From assembly GCA_964016885.1 (NCBI GenBank), contig OZ024743.1:61628001-61692000 (forward strand): a stretch of 64,000 nt of DNA. The letters run 5' to 3'. The translations under genes were made by a program, and so were the position numbers. Positions 28,423-42,815 of the stretch are shown piece after piece. The notes below the pieces were generated by a model, which had not been told where the DNA came from, did no database searches, and saw nothing but the letters and a program-made list of their open reading frames with translations. The stretch's first letter is position 1. Each line of letters begins with the position of its first letter. Source of the DNA: Eledone cirrhosa (lineage: Eukaryota).

Positions 28423-30465
28423 GTAAAGCCGTATGTTTTAGTGGTCAGGTTGTTTGGCCCATAAGTTCGATTTCCAGCGGTGTGTTGTGTCCTTGAGCAA
28501 TAAATATTATTTCATGTTGATCCACTCCGCTTGAAATAAAATTAATCATATCTCTATTTCCAAGAGCCAGTCATGTTCCACTCTATGGCACGCTGAAACC
28601 CTATGAGAATTGCGTTATGGATACACGTGTCTATAGAATGCACAGCCAATTGCCTGTTAATTTCGCGAGCGGGCTGTTCCGTAGATCAAACAATCGGAGC
28701 ACTTGTCTAAACCGACGGAGGTCTAACACACACGCACGCATGCATGCACATACACACACTATTGGTATTATGAAACCTTATTTTATGGGTTTGATGATTC
28801 ACAAATGAAAATTGGAGGTAGCGATTGGCAGAGTCGTTAGAACATCGGATAGAATGCTTTTCAGTATTCGTTTCGGCTCACTACTCTCCTAAGCTCAGAT
28901 CTCAACGAGGTCAACTTCACCTTTCATCCATTCAAATTCGATAAAAAAAACATACCGGTCAAGCACTGGGGGTTCATTCTTCCTCTATATCTCTTTCTCG
29001 CTTCCATTCTCTCACTCTCCATTCTTCTCTATAAGAAATCTACTGTATTCAGACGTGGAAAGGAAATGAGCTCCACCAGGTTTTAAAATGCCCTAGAAAC
29101 GACGTATGCCAATACGGCGCCCCTAGAAATCCCGCATAAAATTTAAAATTACTGAAGACTCATTTGAAAAAAATGTGTACGTTGTATTTACTCGAAAATG
29201 GCGTCAATATGATTTAATTGATAGATTTATACTATTACCACCAATCTGTCTGTGTCTCTATGTGTATATCTGCTTGTCTGTGAGTCTATCTGTCTGTCTG
29301 TGTATCTGTCTGTATGTGCACGTGCGTTTTTACAATTATTTGGCATATAACATTTTCCATTGTTTTCTGTCCAATATAAACGTTATATGAAAGATTAAAT
29401 TGTTTTAAATCATATGGTTTATATTATCGTCAGTTTTACTATTTGTTTTTGTGTAAATGTGGCATTTTTCTTTGAGGCGGAGATATGCTAAAGAAATTGT
29501 GAGAGGCCTGATTCGTTTAACCCCGTAAAAGTTATTTAAAGAGAGTGATTGTGGATGGGCGGTGTCTTTATTTGCTACCTAGTGTGTTTTGCTATACAAA
29601 ATACCTGCGTATGACACATTATGTATTTTTGCCAGATGATTGTTTCCTTGAAAGATGGAAACCATAAAACACGTGTAGCAAAACAAACAGACAAACCTTA
29701 TGTACTCTATAAACACTACATCAAACTCTTCAATCGATATTGAGTTCTCTAAATCTTTATTTTCTTTCTCCCCTTCTGTGTGTACATGCACTGTTACTTG
29801 TTCCAGTCCATTTCCTAGTATATTATAATGTTATGTTTTTGAGCTACCCTGCTGGAAAAATACGAAAATCATAATCGTATTATTATTATTATTGAGTTTG
29901 TTGTATATGTCTGTGTTGTTGATCTCGTTGTTTCAATTTACTTGATCTTTGTTTAATTGTTGATCTTGTTGACAGTAATGTTTTCAAGTAATTTTCCGTC
30001 ATTTGTCTGGCTCTCATCTTCATGTCATCCCACACACAGAGATATTATCAAGGTTTCAATAAATAGTATTTCAGAAGAACGGCAAAAAGGAAGACACTTT
30101 CATTAAAAATAGCTATCCCAAATCACTGATTTGACACGGATTTAGTTCAGATTGCTGAAAATATTATCGTAAAACATATCTGCTGAAATTGAAAACTGAT
30201 GTTTTTTTTGTTCAAAGCCCAACTGTTATTTAGCGAAATAAATTATGACTTGACACCAGTCGTAATGGATTTTTCTTGTTAAAAGTCTGACAGCCAGCAA
30301 CATATGCTGGTGTATAGTTCGACACCAAGCTAAACACTGCCAATGTGGGATCTACGTTGCTAATGTTGACACTGTTACTGAGACTGTAAGACAGATATAT
30401 CAATCATCTCATCACGTGATGATAGCTTCTCTGTCTCCAGTTCCACACTCCTCATCTTACGTTGT

Positions 30466-30512
<47 letters not shown>

Positions 30513-31127
30513 GGTGGTAGTGGTTGTTTCGCTCTGGGTCAATCCTCATCCAGCATATCTAATGATCAAAGGCATTCCAACCATTACTATCCTATATATT
30601 TAAGGACATATCATGTCTTTTAGCAGCGGTATGACTCGGATGACCAGGAAGTTTTGTATCACTGGTCAGCAAAGGTATGGGAAACTACCGTTCATGTTGT
30701 TGCTGCTGCTTTCTAGTGATACCCTATCCAAGGTGCAATACCTGGATATATCGTGATCTTGGAGTTGTCCAGACAGCAGAACCGCCCCATCTGGGCTTCG
30801 TTTGGTTGGTACAAAACAGCAGAGAATAGTCTGTATTAATTACTGTAAGAGAGTCAAATCAGATCGCAAATTGTTTTACGAGATCCATTTCGGATTTATT
30901 AAGTTTAACGGTCTTGTTTACGTTGGGTTATGCAACTATTGCATTTAATCGTGTTGTGGATAATTTTTACTGCATTTACGTTCAGGTTTGTGCAATTGAT
31001 GGTCGTATTTACTCATTATCCTTTGTCTCAAAGAATGAGGATATCTACTCATAGCTGTTGATCCGTATCTCTGAACACTGTTCCATACCAAGTACTGTCA
31101 ACTACCTTAAATGTTATCTACTATTGC

Positions 31128-31700
31128 ATAGCTTAATGGTTAGAACATTGGGCTTGCAATCGGACCGGGTGATGCGTTGTGTCCTTGAGCAAGACACCTT
31201 ATTTCGCGTTGTTCCAGTTTCCACAGATGTAGAAATGAGTTGCAACGTCACTGGTGCCAATCTGTATCGGGCTTTATCTTTCTCTAGGATAATATTGTTG
31301 GTGTGGAGAGAGAAGACTGGTATGCATGGGCGACTGCTGGTCTTCCACAAACAACGTTGCCCGGACTTGTGACTCGGAGGGGAACGTTCTCAGTGCAAAT
31401 CTCATGGTCATTTGTGACCGGAGGTGGTCTTTACCCTTACTATTGCAATATCTAATGTGTCCTAAGTGAAGGTACATGGTTTAGTGGTTCGAGTTTTCGG
31501 CTCATGTTTCTTAAGTCGCGTTGTTTCCTTGAGCAAAGCACTTTATTTCCTCTCGTCCATTGCTCTTGTCCATTTAAATAGATAGGAGTTGTACCTGTAA
31601 TTCAAAGGGCTAATATTGTCACACACACACACACTGTGTCACGATGAAATCTCCCTGAGAACTACGTAATGGGTACACGTGTCTATGAAATGCTCAGCAA
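31128..31700 (+). mobile_element. Two tRNA SINEs with a CORE-like domain; relatives at ~28425-28730, 37185-37430, 31720-31840(-), 39250-39470(-)
   Basis: tgtgtccttgagcaagacac(t/c)ttatttc motif after a tRNA-like head. Confidence 0.65.
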
Positions 31701-32556
31701 CATACATTTTTCCAGCTGTGTAGGCACTAGCAACGTGAAATAAAGGGTCTTTCCTAAGGACACCACGCCCGACCAGGAATCGAAATCGCGACCTTTCGAT
31801 CATAAGCTGAACTACCTAACCACGAAGCTACACGCGTCCATAGAAAGACATAGATAGAAAACACTGAAGTGAAGAAAATAAATGTAACCAAACTATTATT
31901 TATTATCGACATTTACGAGCCAATGAAAGATATCATCAAAGGTATTGGATTTAAATTAAATCAATATTCCAAGATCATATAACATCATAAAACTTTATTA
32001 TAACGCGTTATCTTTCTTACAAAAGTTGTATTGATAAGCAATATAAGTATTGTTGATGAAAAGTAAGACCTATTTTAAATATACACCTGCCTTTTTTATT
32101 GTATGTGTCCAGAGAAAATCATAAAGCGAATCCCATTCATTTAAACAGTTTTAACATATCGTCTGTCTAACACAAAAGCAGAAGATATAGTAAAAGAATA
32201 TATTCCGGTCATGTAACAATTGCGTGTAATAGGAGAAGCAACACCCTTCAGATAGTTTAATAGCCTCTTTTATAGATTGAAGGGAATGTTTCTGACATCA
32301 AAGCTTTCTACATACACGTAAACATATCAACCGAAGCTCTGTAGCCCACCGTCCACATAACATGTATTGCTATAATGAGCCAATACAGTATAGACTAACC
32401 CTGCGTTTTCCCACGGATGATTCCACAAAAAACAATTACGGTGTTACGTGTGTTTAATGAAACTTGGGCATGTGTTTTCTCTAGCCTCGTGTTGACTAAT
32501 GTCTTTCGAGTAGAATCTGGTAGATGGAAATTATGAGAAAGCTTGTGGTATACATA

Positions 32557-33040
32557 CTACACTCTGTCCCGAGACCGACGTGAACCTAAATACTGAGTGT
32601 TCACCCAGATGAACCTACAGTAACTCTGCGTTACACTCCCTGGATATATAGCTCCTTACTTAGTCGAGCGCTTACCTGGATCACTGTGGCTTTGTTCCAC
32701 AACACTTCCTCCCTAAAGGACATACCCATACCTTCGGATGATATATACATGCATCTATTACTAATGCAAACGCCATGTATATTCATTCCGTCATTACTAC
32801 CACATAGATCCGACGAGCCATTGATTACAGAGTCGGGCTAGATCGATACAGATCGAACCTTGAGCTGATCAATAGTGAAACGCGCGTCACCAACCAATAA
32901 ATGTAATGAAGGAGTAACCATTCGTACTTGTTTTATTATACTACACTGTCTAGCTCTACACCTCGATACTGACGTGAACCTAAACATCGAGTGCTTACCC
33001 GGGTGAACCTACAGTAACTCTGCGTTACACTCCCTGGATC
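32557..33040 (+). mobile_element. pLTR-like unit with ~90-bp direct terminal repeats and a degenerate HHR at 32806-32892
   Basis: 32575-32645 repeats at 32968-33039; CCGACGA-gccattgatt..gatcaatagt-GAAA-cgcgcg-TC, stem I eroded; AATAAA follows. Confidence 0.6.
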
Positions 33041-33147
33041 CTCTTCCTGCTATGTCAAAGGTTAACCTAATATATCCCTCCCATATACTGTACCGATTGT
33101 GTTGTTATTTCTGTTTACCTTTTACACACACACACACACACACACAC

Positions 33148-33212
<65 letters not shown>

Positions 33213-33216
<4 letters not shown>

Positions 33217-33898
33217 AAGTTCCTGTCTGTTTGTTTGTTCACGAACTCCTCCTATGGTTTTGGAGATACACCCCCATAACCATATATATTCTGAAACTAC
33301 ATTGCACAGGGTACCGGGATAAGTATATTTGATTTTAATCAAAGGGTTCCCAGGGGGTACAAACTCCCACTGAAGATGTTTTCCCTTCGATTTATATGAA
33401 ATTTAAACCATAGGTAAATGACAAGATATGATTCCTATTTACAAAAGTTTTGAATTGATATTTTGAAAAAAAGTTATTTATAAGAAACAAAATAAGATTT
33501 AATGATGTAATTTTGATTTGATATATTACAAAAAATAATTGTTTCTACTTTTAGGCACAAGGCCAGCAATTACCCAGTGCATTACTGGTACTTTATTTTA
33601 TCGACCCCGTAAGGATGAAAGGCAAAGTCAACCTCGGCGGGATCTGAACTCAGATCGTAAAGGCACGTAACTATGCTGGAAAGCATGGCGTCCGTCCCTC
33701 TACCGATACTGCCAATCCACCGCCCTTTTACAAAAAATAATGTTTTCCATTTTTTCATGCATTACATTTTACATTGAGTAATATTGAAATGCAGACTTTT
33801 TCTCGATAAATTATATCACTGACTTAAGATCAATGATCATTTTCTTACAAAAAAAAAAAAAATGTGTGAAACGCAGCAAGGTGCGGGTAATTTGGTTA

Positions 33899-33900
<2 letters not shown>
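33213..33900 (+). mobile_element. Possible non-autonomous Helitron-like element
   Basis: 5' gtctgtttgtttgt run after TA; 3' GC-rich gcaaggtgcgggta followed by TTAGT (CTAGT-like). Confidence 0.4.
33540..33727 (-). mobile_element. Meta-domain SINE with a 14-bp TSD
   Basis: ttacaaaaaataat at 33526-33539 and 33728-33741. Confidence 0.9.
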
Positions 33901-33935
<35 letters not shown>

Positions 33936-33938
<3 letters not shown>

Positions 33939-34395
33939 AAGTGTAAGTCAAAAGGTTAAAATTAACTTCTTTTATACATATTCGCTGTTATATATGTTCG
34001 GTGACAACCATTGTTCAACAGCTATGATCTCACCAGACAGCTAGAACTTGAACAAAAAAAACAAAAAAACATATTGATGGAACAAAGTTTAACTCCGTTA
34101 TTTCAGTCCTTTGATATGCTCTGACCCGAAGTATGGTGTTGTTTTCTCAAGCAACTGGTCAATCTGTTTTTTCTGTTCAAGTTCTAACTGACTGATGAGG
34201 TCATAGCTGTTGAATAATGATTATCACCGAAATATATATAACAGCGAATATGTATAAACGAAGTTAATTTTAACCTAATGACTTACACAGCTTGTTTTTA
34301 AATTACTCCGGAGTAAACAGACACACCTGTGCACTTCGTTGAGTGCTCTATCCTGCATACTGAAGTTTCGGTAACCAGCCATCACATACTCAAAT
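33936..34395. mobile_element. Fold-back (33941-34058 / 34170-34288) with HHRs at 33984-34041(-, mutated) and 34187-34245(+); tail on the right
   Basis: CTGATGA-ggt..acc-GAAA-tatata-TA-acagc. Confidence 0.8.
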
Positions 34396-34718
34396 TATAT
34401 ATATATGGTAAGAGATTCAGTAAATTACTTGTAGTGGTACCAAAACAATCACTCGGTCCACAGGCAGGGTGAATATATTAATAAGAACGATGAAGTTTCC
34501 TTTACATTTATTTAGATTTTTATTGTGTTTTGAGCTGTTATGCCAATCCTCTGCGAAACGCGCGTAAGAGTTCGATACACAATAAACATCTAAATACATA
34601 TGAACGAAGCTTAGCTCTGTTTCTCGACCGTTATATCGCGTGACTATCTCCCCCTCCGCCTTTTGGGATTCTTTCTCACGTCGTGTAGACGCGTTCTTGA
34701 GACTAGTAAAATGAGGTA

Positions 34719-34806
34719 TCCTCTTGATAAGTCGGCAGACCTCGCAAGGACTCTATATCTTTGATATATTGTTTTTGTTTATGCCACGAAACTACGTAGT
34801 CGAGGA
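34719..34806 (+). ncRNA. Type I hammerhead, U3-A8 core
   Basis: tcctc-TTGATAA-gtcggca..tgccac-GAAA-ctacgtag-TC-gagga; GUC triplet, palindromic stem III. Confidence 0.8.
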
Positions 34807-34875
34807 ATTTAGGAGCAGTTTAGGTATGATACATTTTATTACTAATTATATCTAAATGTTTCTTCTCTCTTCATA

Positions 34876-34965
<90 letters not shown>

Positions 34966-37900
34966 GCGCGTTAGTGAGCACGTATGTGTGAGCGCATGTG
35001 TGTGTGAATGAGCCTGTGAGTTCGTGCGTGTATTAATATCCACAAATTAGTGACTCGACACAAATAATTAATTGATAAAATAAGTATCCGACTAAAAGAA
35101 AAACAAGAAACAAGTACTGAGTTGATATGATAGAAAAAAATCTCTTGAAAAGGTTACCTCAGCATGACCGCAGTCTAATGCCTAAAACCAGTAAAAATAA
35201 TAGATACTACACAACACGTCCTTTAAAAATCTACGTTCTTTTCAACAGCTGATCCACTGAATATAAACACCGTTGTCAGTGGGTACAGTTAACGAAGGTA
35301 TATTCTAGAAAGTGCCTCTCAATGTTTTACTGTCCGTTCATGGGCCCTGAACCAATAATGGAGTGTTAGGGGCTCCAGCATGTAATCGACATTCTCAACC
35401 TTGTTGAGTCCATCCTTCTCCAGATTTGAGCATAGCCGATTACTTCCAGTAAAGGAGTAGTCGAGAAATTGAGAAAGATAGAGGAAGGATCGACTCCGAT
35501 ACTGCTTGACCCCATACTTTATTGATCTCTAAGGGATGAATAATATTGTAGTTCACGTCACGATTTGAGCTCAAAGTGGAGATAGCTAAAACGAATGCCA
35601 CAAAACATTCTAGCCAACATTCTAACCATACTGCCTAATATGTTGTACTGTAATGTTAATAACGATTTCTGATTTAGTCTCCAGGCCAATAATTTGGGTG
35701 GGGAGTGAAAAGTCGATTAAATCGACCACAGCAGATTACTGGTGCTTTATTTTATCGACCCCGTAATGATGAAAAGCAAAGCTAATCTAGGCGGGATATG
35801 AACTCAGAACGTAAAAGACCTTAAAACTATGCCGCAAGCATGTTGTCAGACGCTCTACCGATACTGCTGATCCACCGCCCTAATATAATGGTTTCTTATA
35901 TAGGCACAAGGCCAGCAATATTGGGGGAGGGGAAAGTCGATTAAATCGACCCTAGTGCCTTACTGGCACTTTATTTTATCAACCCCCGTAAGGGTGAAAG
36001 GCAAAGCTAACCTCGGCGGGATTTGAACTCAGAACATAAAGGGACGTAACTATGCCGCGAAGTATGGTGTCCGACGCTCTACCGATACTGCCAATCCCCC
36101 ACACCACACCACCATAATAATAATAATGGTTTCTAAATCAGGCACAAAGCCAACAATTTTAATGTAAAATAAAATTAGTATTGGATTCTCCAGCGGCTGT
36201 ATCAATATGAATCACTTACAATAAAATTCGCCGGAGATAGATTAGCAAAATTTAATAAGCAACTAAGGGTGGGGGAATAAAAAAACAGGGCGGGGATCTG
36301 ACAAATTAATAAGCGGGGAATGGGGATAATTATACAAAAGCTGAGTGTACATGAATGATTGACGGATGTAAGTATGAAAACTCAATACCGAAGTACAGTT
36401 TAAATATTTATTTTTTATGGCTAAGACTTGTTACTCTGGAGTCTCACCAGCGTACTAACCAGACAAGACTGGTGACTCTGTGAGTGCGAAGGCGAAACTT
36501 TAGAGTAACAAATTCACCAATAGCCATAATAAATGAATGTACGTATATATATATATATATATGGGATATGAATAAATTGGGTATAATACCAGTTTCTTAC
36601 CAAAAGAGAACAAGCTCGATACATTAACCCCATAGAATAGGGCACAGGGCATTTCTTTAAATTATACATATACAGTGGTGGTCGAACTGGGGGGGGGGGG
36701 GGGACATGTCCCCCTCCAATAATTATATTTTCTCCCCAAACTACCAAAACACACATTTTAGATATGCGCTACAATTTATGTACATGTTATATTTATCGCA
36801 TTTCGAAGTTTTCTGACCATTTTAGAGTGCAAAAAGCTAAACTAATCAATATTTACCCCCACCCCCCACCCCGACACTCATTCAGAAATGCTTCCACTGC
36901 CCATGTATAGTGCATCCTTGTCAAGATGACAAAGGCATACATCAACGTAACTAGCCCCACTCACCTCCTACCACCAGACACAAGGGGCATTTCAACCTAA
37001 GACGCAATCACCCGCACGATCATAAAGTTGTCACTACTACTTACACATACTCTCGGATCTCGATTAATCATTGCCTCCCTCCCCGCCTCCCGGCTTATTA
37101 ATTTTTCAGAATTTTTCCAATCACACCCGCTCAATTTAACCCCCCCCCCACACACACATACTTATTCCGCACTCTACCTATTCGAAGGCGTGTGTCTTGG
37201 TGACTAGTATGCTTTGTTTCCGACAGCATATTATGTCCTTGAGCAAGGCAATTTATTTAACGTTGCCACAGTCAACTCTGCTGGCAAAAGGAGATGTACC
37301 TAAAACCCCCAAAAGCCAGCCTTCTCTCACACCATGTCATGCTGAATCACCCTGAAAATTAACTTAACGGGAAAACGGGTCTATGGAATGCTTAGCCACT
37401 TGCACGTTTATTGTACGAGCTGTTCGAAGAACTAGAACATTCAAACATATACATTTATATATGACTATGTTCATGTCTATATGTGTGAGAGTGAACTTAT
37501 GAGTGTATATATGTATTTCTGTGTATGTATGTCTGTGTGCGTACTTGCGCGTGTGTATGTATGCGTGTGTCCGTATAAGATTCCGAAGAAGAAAGTGGTT
37601 AATTTATGAGTAAGACGAGACATAGGTGATCACATTTAAAAAAAAGAAAACTGAAACATTAAACTTAGATAAGTGTGATATAGTTAGATAAAGGAAGATA
37701 GAGGTGGGGGTGGTGATTTCTTTGTATAGAAACATTCACCTACAACGTATTCGTTACCTGTTTCAGGGAATTGAACGTTCTATTTGTTTTTTTTTATTGT
37801 TCTTCCTTTATGGTTCGTTTTCTCTTTTTGATGTTATCACTCACGTTTGTCTTAAGACACTCACCTGACCTTCTTATTTGAACACTGCTATTTCTTATGG

Positions 37901-38110
37901 CTCAGTCAGAAGACAAAGAGCAGCAGCACTAATCATGTATTTCAGACTCTTGTAGTTAACTCTAAACCATAGAGCCGGTCAGAGTATTTGTAGCAGTGGA
38001 CTCCGTTAAAGGGCTAAAGTGCACTCACGACCAACTCCTGTTTATGTCACGCCCTAAGATAGCTATACGATGTTACACATCCTATTCTCGTTAATAAAAT
38101 AAGTTTAACT

Positions 38111-38461
38111 TACTCTCGGGTCCCAAATGATATGGCAGAGGTGGAATAAGCGGGGGAGGGGGTCGGTTATATTTCTATGTTGCCGCCGTAAATTATTTTA
38201 AAACCCCAAATTAGTTGTTTCGTTTTTACATATTGAGACCCTAACCCATCCTATTTATTTTATAAGGTATGGGATTTCTACTAATGTATGTTTATTTGTC
38301 ATGTATAATGTTTTTTAATGCATAAAGAAAATTAATTGTCGCAGGAATGCTACCACTTAAAATAAAATTTCACTCGAGATGGATTAGCAAAATTTAATAA
38401 GCGGGGCGGGGGATCAGAATAATAAGTGGAGGTGGGGGGCATTATACGAGACCCGACAGTA
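38111..38461. mobile_element. MITE-like element with short TIRs; relatives at ~36215-36350 and 37048-37180
   Basis: tactctcgggtc ... gacccgacagta (11/12 inverted match, TA ends). Confidence 0.55.
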
Positions 38462-38736
38462 CATTTGTGTGACATGACAAACCTAGCTTTTGACACTTCT
38501 TGCTCTGAACGCAGTAAGAAAATGACTAAACTTGCATTTTCTACGACACAGACAACACTCACCTGTGTGACAGATCTTCAAACCATACGGCCCTCTCTAC
38601 TACTTTGTAGATTTCTACAACACTGCGATATGGCAAAGATGTTTAGCATTTCCTTTATTGATCGCAGGAAATTATTATGTATTTAATTTAATTATATGCT
38701 TGTGTATAAAATCATCATCTTTTATAGTTCAATAAT

Positions 38737-38925
38737 TGTTTCTACTATTGGCACAAGGCCAGAAATTACCTAGTACATTACTGGTACTTTATTTTATCGA
38801 CCCCGTAAGGATGAAAGGCAAAGTTAACCTCGGCGGGATTTGAACTCAGAATAGCAAGGGCCGTAACTCTATGCATCAAAGCATGGCGTCCGACCCTCTA
38901 CCGATACTGCCAATCCACCGCCATT
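38737..38925 (-). mobile_element. Meta-domain SINE with TSD
   Basis: gttcaataat at 38727-38736 and 38931-38940. Confidence 0.9.
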
Positions 38926-39684
38926 TTTATGTTCAATAATGCGCCTCATTGAGTTCTTCACTCTAAACGGTTGCTTAGTTGGCATTAATGAGAGCGCCAG
39001 CCTTGGCTAAAGGTAACCCAAGGGTCAATTGGTCATTAGACACAAGAAGTTGGACACAAAGAGCTGGATACAGGAATCTGACTTATCTTTACCTAATTGT
39101 ATATATCAACCTAGTCTTTTATTCTTTCTGGCTCGATAAATAACGCATCAACCGATGTGGCAGTCAAATTGTTAAAGATACTCGTATAGGATGATTTGCA
39201 GTATCAGCTACGACTCAAGTGAGTTCAAACCCGCCCCTTGTCACTGACAGTTTGATCAACAGAATAACCTATTCATGAAATTAACGCCTGACTGAGCATT
39301 CCACAGACACGTGTGCCGTTAATGGACTTCCTTGGGAGATTCAGCATGAAACAGCATGAGACAAGGCTAGGCTTTTGTTTTGAAGATACAACATAGTTTG
39401 TTCAAGGACGAAATGCGCCGCGGAAAACTCACGATTATGAACTGAACGGCCTAACTACTAAGCCTCGTTCATTCAATAAATTATAGTGCAACAATAACAC
39501 CCAGGGCATGCGATGGTCCGTCGTTGTACAACTGTCACAACAAAATTAACATACATCTGTACGTATCTCTGTTACATGGCAGATTAGCTATCTCCAAAAC
39601 GGAGAGAGAGTTGTGGTAGTGGTGGTAGTTGTGATGATAGCAGTGTTGCTGGGGGTGGTAGAGATATTGATGATGCTGGTTTGG

Positions 39685-39810
39685 AGGGTGATAGCAGTAT
39701 TGTTAATCTCGGTTTGGGGGTGATGGTAGTATTGTTGATGTCGGATTGAGAGTGATGGCAGTATTGTTGATGTCGGTTTAGGGTTGATGGCAATGTTACT
39801 ATTGTTGGTG
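39685..39810. repeat. Degenerate ~30-bp minisatellite (about 4 copies)
   Basis: gtgatggcagtattgttgatgtcggttt-like units. Confidence 0.7.
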
Positions 39811-40368
39811 AGGATGTTGGTGGAGGCGATGGCTAGTGGTGATGCCGGTGCTGAGCTGATGTTGTTTCTGTTAAATTTATTCGCATTGTTGACTTAAGCG
39901 AATCTCTGAGAAGTAGGAAAGAAAAACATAATTGAACGCCAAAACAAAATAAAAAAAAAGAAAAATAATACAAACAGATAATCCAAAAGAAAAAGAAAGT
40001 AAATAAATGAATACCTTCATAAAACATCTTAAATACCTTCAGAAACCATCCAACATCTTCCGCATCAAAAATTTTTAGGTTTGATGGTGGTAAATTTATA
40101 TATCTGCCAGAAAAAAATATATGCTTCTTACCTGATATACCGCTGGCAAATGTTGTTTATTTAAACAGAAATAAACTATAATTTGAAGAAACTATGTAGC
40201 CAAAAAAAAAAAAAAATGCTATGCGTGTTGTAAACTTCATTCGTAACCTTTCAACACACTTGCCATACGTTAGAGCTCACCTTTACTACATCACACAATT
40301 CTGCTTGTGTTAGGATAAAAATAATTTTTTTAATTCAATTTTGAAATCTCTCTTACTCTCTTATATAT

Positions 40369-40530
40369 ATCTATTTATCTATCTAAGGCGGGTAAAATTC
40401 CCGAGATCCATGGACGAGTTCTCTCCAGCGGTCTCTGTCCCTCATTATCGCTGCCATATCCTGCATCTCCAACAGACCAGTGTCTGTCCTTAGGGCATCA
40501 ACATATGTTAACCTTGGTCTTCCTCTTCTA
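40369..40530 (-). mobile_element. 5'-truncated RTE copy
   Basis: 40381-40530 reads identical to 23774-23923; TAGA tail; TA flanks. Confidence 0.95.
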
Positions 40531-40570
40531 TATATATTTAAAAGAATGGAGGTGTAACACACGAGTTATG

Positions 40571-40955
40571 ATATATTGGTAAAAGGAAAAGAAAATGCTG
40601 ACAAATTGTTCCGAGTGAAAAATAGTTTAATTAGGAATAAGTAAAAAATAGTAATAAGTATTGGTTAGTATTCAGTTTTGGTTTTAAGTTTTTACCGGTT
40701 GCGCATTTCTAATGCTTTTCAAAAATAATTTTGAGATAGAGCGCCCGTGATGTTTGCTTTAATCTCCAAACATTAGAGCAAACATCACGGGCGCTTTATC
40801 TCAAAATTATTTTTGAAAAGCATTAGAAATGCGCAACCGGTAAAAACTTAAAACCAAAACTGAATACTAACCAATACTTATTACTAATTTTTACTTATTC
40901 CTAATTAAACTATTTTTCACTGGGAACGATTTGTCAGCATTTTCTTTTCCTTTTA

Positions 40956-40963
<8 letters not shown>
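40571..40963. mobile_element. ~190-bp-arm fold-back carrying only an HHR 3' half (GAAA-tgcgca)
   Basis: Near-perfect inverted repeat centred ~40767. Confidence 0.8.
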
Positions 40964-40994
<31 letters not shown>

Positions 40995-41029
40995 GTGTGT
41001 GTGTGTGTGTGTATAAATTTGTCGTATAT

Positions 41030-41578
41030 ATATATTGTTACACTTTGGGAGGGTTATGTTAGCAATAAGAAACACACGCACCAGTCGCTTTCACTCCAGT
41101 TTATTATAAAATTTAAAAAAATTTTTTTTTATTTTTTATAAATTTTCGGTTGGTTGGTTGGTTCCACAACCGAACGGTTGTTCATATATTGTCAAAGTTC
41201 TTTCGTCACACATTCTGTGACCTCTTCAGTGACTGGGATTATTTTCTTTGTCTTGTGCTTCTCCTTTGTTCTGTCCTACGCAAAAAACAAATGGCGTAGG
41301 ACAGAACAAAGGAGAGGCACAAGACAAAGAAAAGAATCCCCAATCACTGAAGAGGTCACAGAATGTGTGACGAAAGAACTTTGACAATATATGAACAACC
41401 GTTCGGTTGTGGAACCAACCAACCAACCGGAAATTTATAAAAAATTAAAAAAAATTTTTTTAAATTTATAATAAATTGGAGTGAAAGCGACTGGTGCGTG
41501 TGTTTCTTATTGGCAACATAACCCACCCAAAGTATAACAATATCGGTTTCAACACACGTTTTCAGATAAAGAACCTTG
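41030..41578. mobile_element. ~250-bp-arm fold-back with HHRs at 41191-41233(-) and 41343-41385(+)
   Basis: (g)tca-CTGAAGA-ggtcaca-gaatg-tgtgac-GAAA-gaac-TT-tgac; centre ~41287. Confidence 0.85.
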
Positions 41579-41777
41579 AGAGATACAGAGAGAGGGGAAG
41601 CAGTAAGAAAGAAACAATACCATCGTTGTTTGTTTACATGTCTCGCTCGTTTCACTCTATTTTACTTGTCCCAATAACTTTATTGAGTTATTGCTCGCAC
41701 CAACTAGAGGTATATGATTTTTAAAGCGATGAAATACCAATGAAAGTTGAAAGATCACTGATGAAGGACTAATTTTA

Positions 41778-41826
<49 letters not shown>

Positions 41827-41841
41827 GACCAATTTTATATA

Positions 41842-41893
<52 letters not shown>

Positions 41894-42089
41894 GCTGTTG
41901 TTGTTGTTGTTGTTGTCTATGTTCATAAACAGAACAAAAGCGCTACCTAAAGTTTGAAGGTCAAATTTTAACCATCTTCCCAGATTGTAAAAGCGATCAA
42001 ATTTCAGACCTAGTCATCAGACGCTTGGACGAGTTTTTAAACCTAATTGAGCACTGTTTTCCCTTTTCAAAACCATCGATATTTTGATC

Positions 42090-42177
<88 letters not shown>

Positions 42178-42254
42178 CATATATGCATGTATATATACAT
42201 ATATACATACATATATATATATATACATGTTTATATACATATATACATACATAT

Positions 42255-42335
<81 letters not shown>

Positions 42336-42354
42336 CACATACATACATATGTAT

Positions 42355-42570
42355 ATATATTTGGCAATATACTGTATGTTTAATTAAACACATTTTGAAG
42401 ATTATTCGCTATGAGTTTTAAAGTAGTGACTATGTCACTTATTTATTCTCGGCAAAAGCAAAGAATAGTGTTCGACAGCCTGTTTCTCGCTCGTTAGTGT
42501 TTATCAAGATCATTCACACCCTTGTTTCCATGTTCTTAATTAAACATACATTATATTGTCAAATATACTA
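42355..42570 (-). mobile_element. Short element with ~32-bp inverted ends and an eroded U3-A8 HHR (42469-42512)
   Basis: tgatc-TTGATAA-..-GAAA-caggctg-TC-gaaca; distant relative of the 52-kb family. Confidence 0.55.
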
Positions 42571-42766
42571 TACATACATTCATGTAAACATCGCTATGTC
42601 AGAGCACCACTACTAATATATATATATACATATACATACACCTTATTTACCAACACGAGAGCTCATCATATGCAAAGTAGTATGCCCGTTTCAGAATAAT
42701 ACTAAAAACGAATGGATATTAAGCTCAACAAATACATGTTTCCTTGTGGTTGTTTGGATGATGTAC

Positions 42767-42815
42767 ATGCCTTCCGATGAAGGCCCAATTAGGTCCGAAA
42801 ATCGATTAAAGGTGT
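42767..42815 (+). ncRNA. Type I hammerhead (U4C)
   Basis: atgcctt-CCGATGA-aggcccaattaggtcc-GAAA-atcgat-TA-aaggtgt. Confidence 0.75.

Noticed and set aside
34450-34572. GAAA-cgcgcg-TA with stem II-like pairing
   Set aside because: 5' core not recognisable (gtccaca); at most an HHR relic
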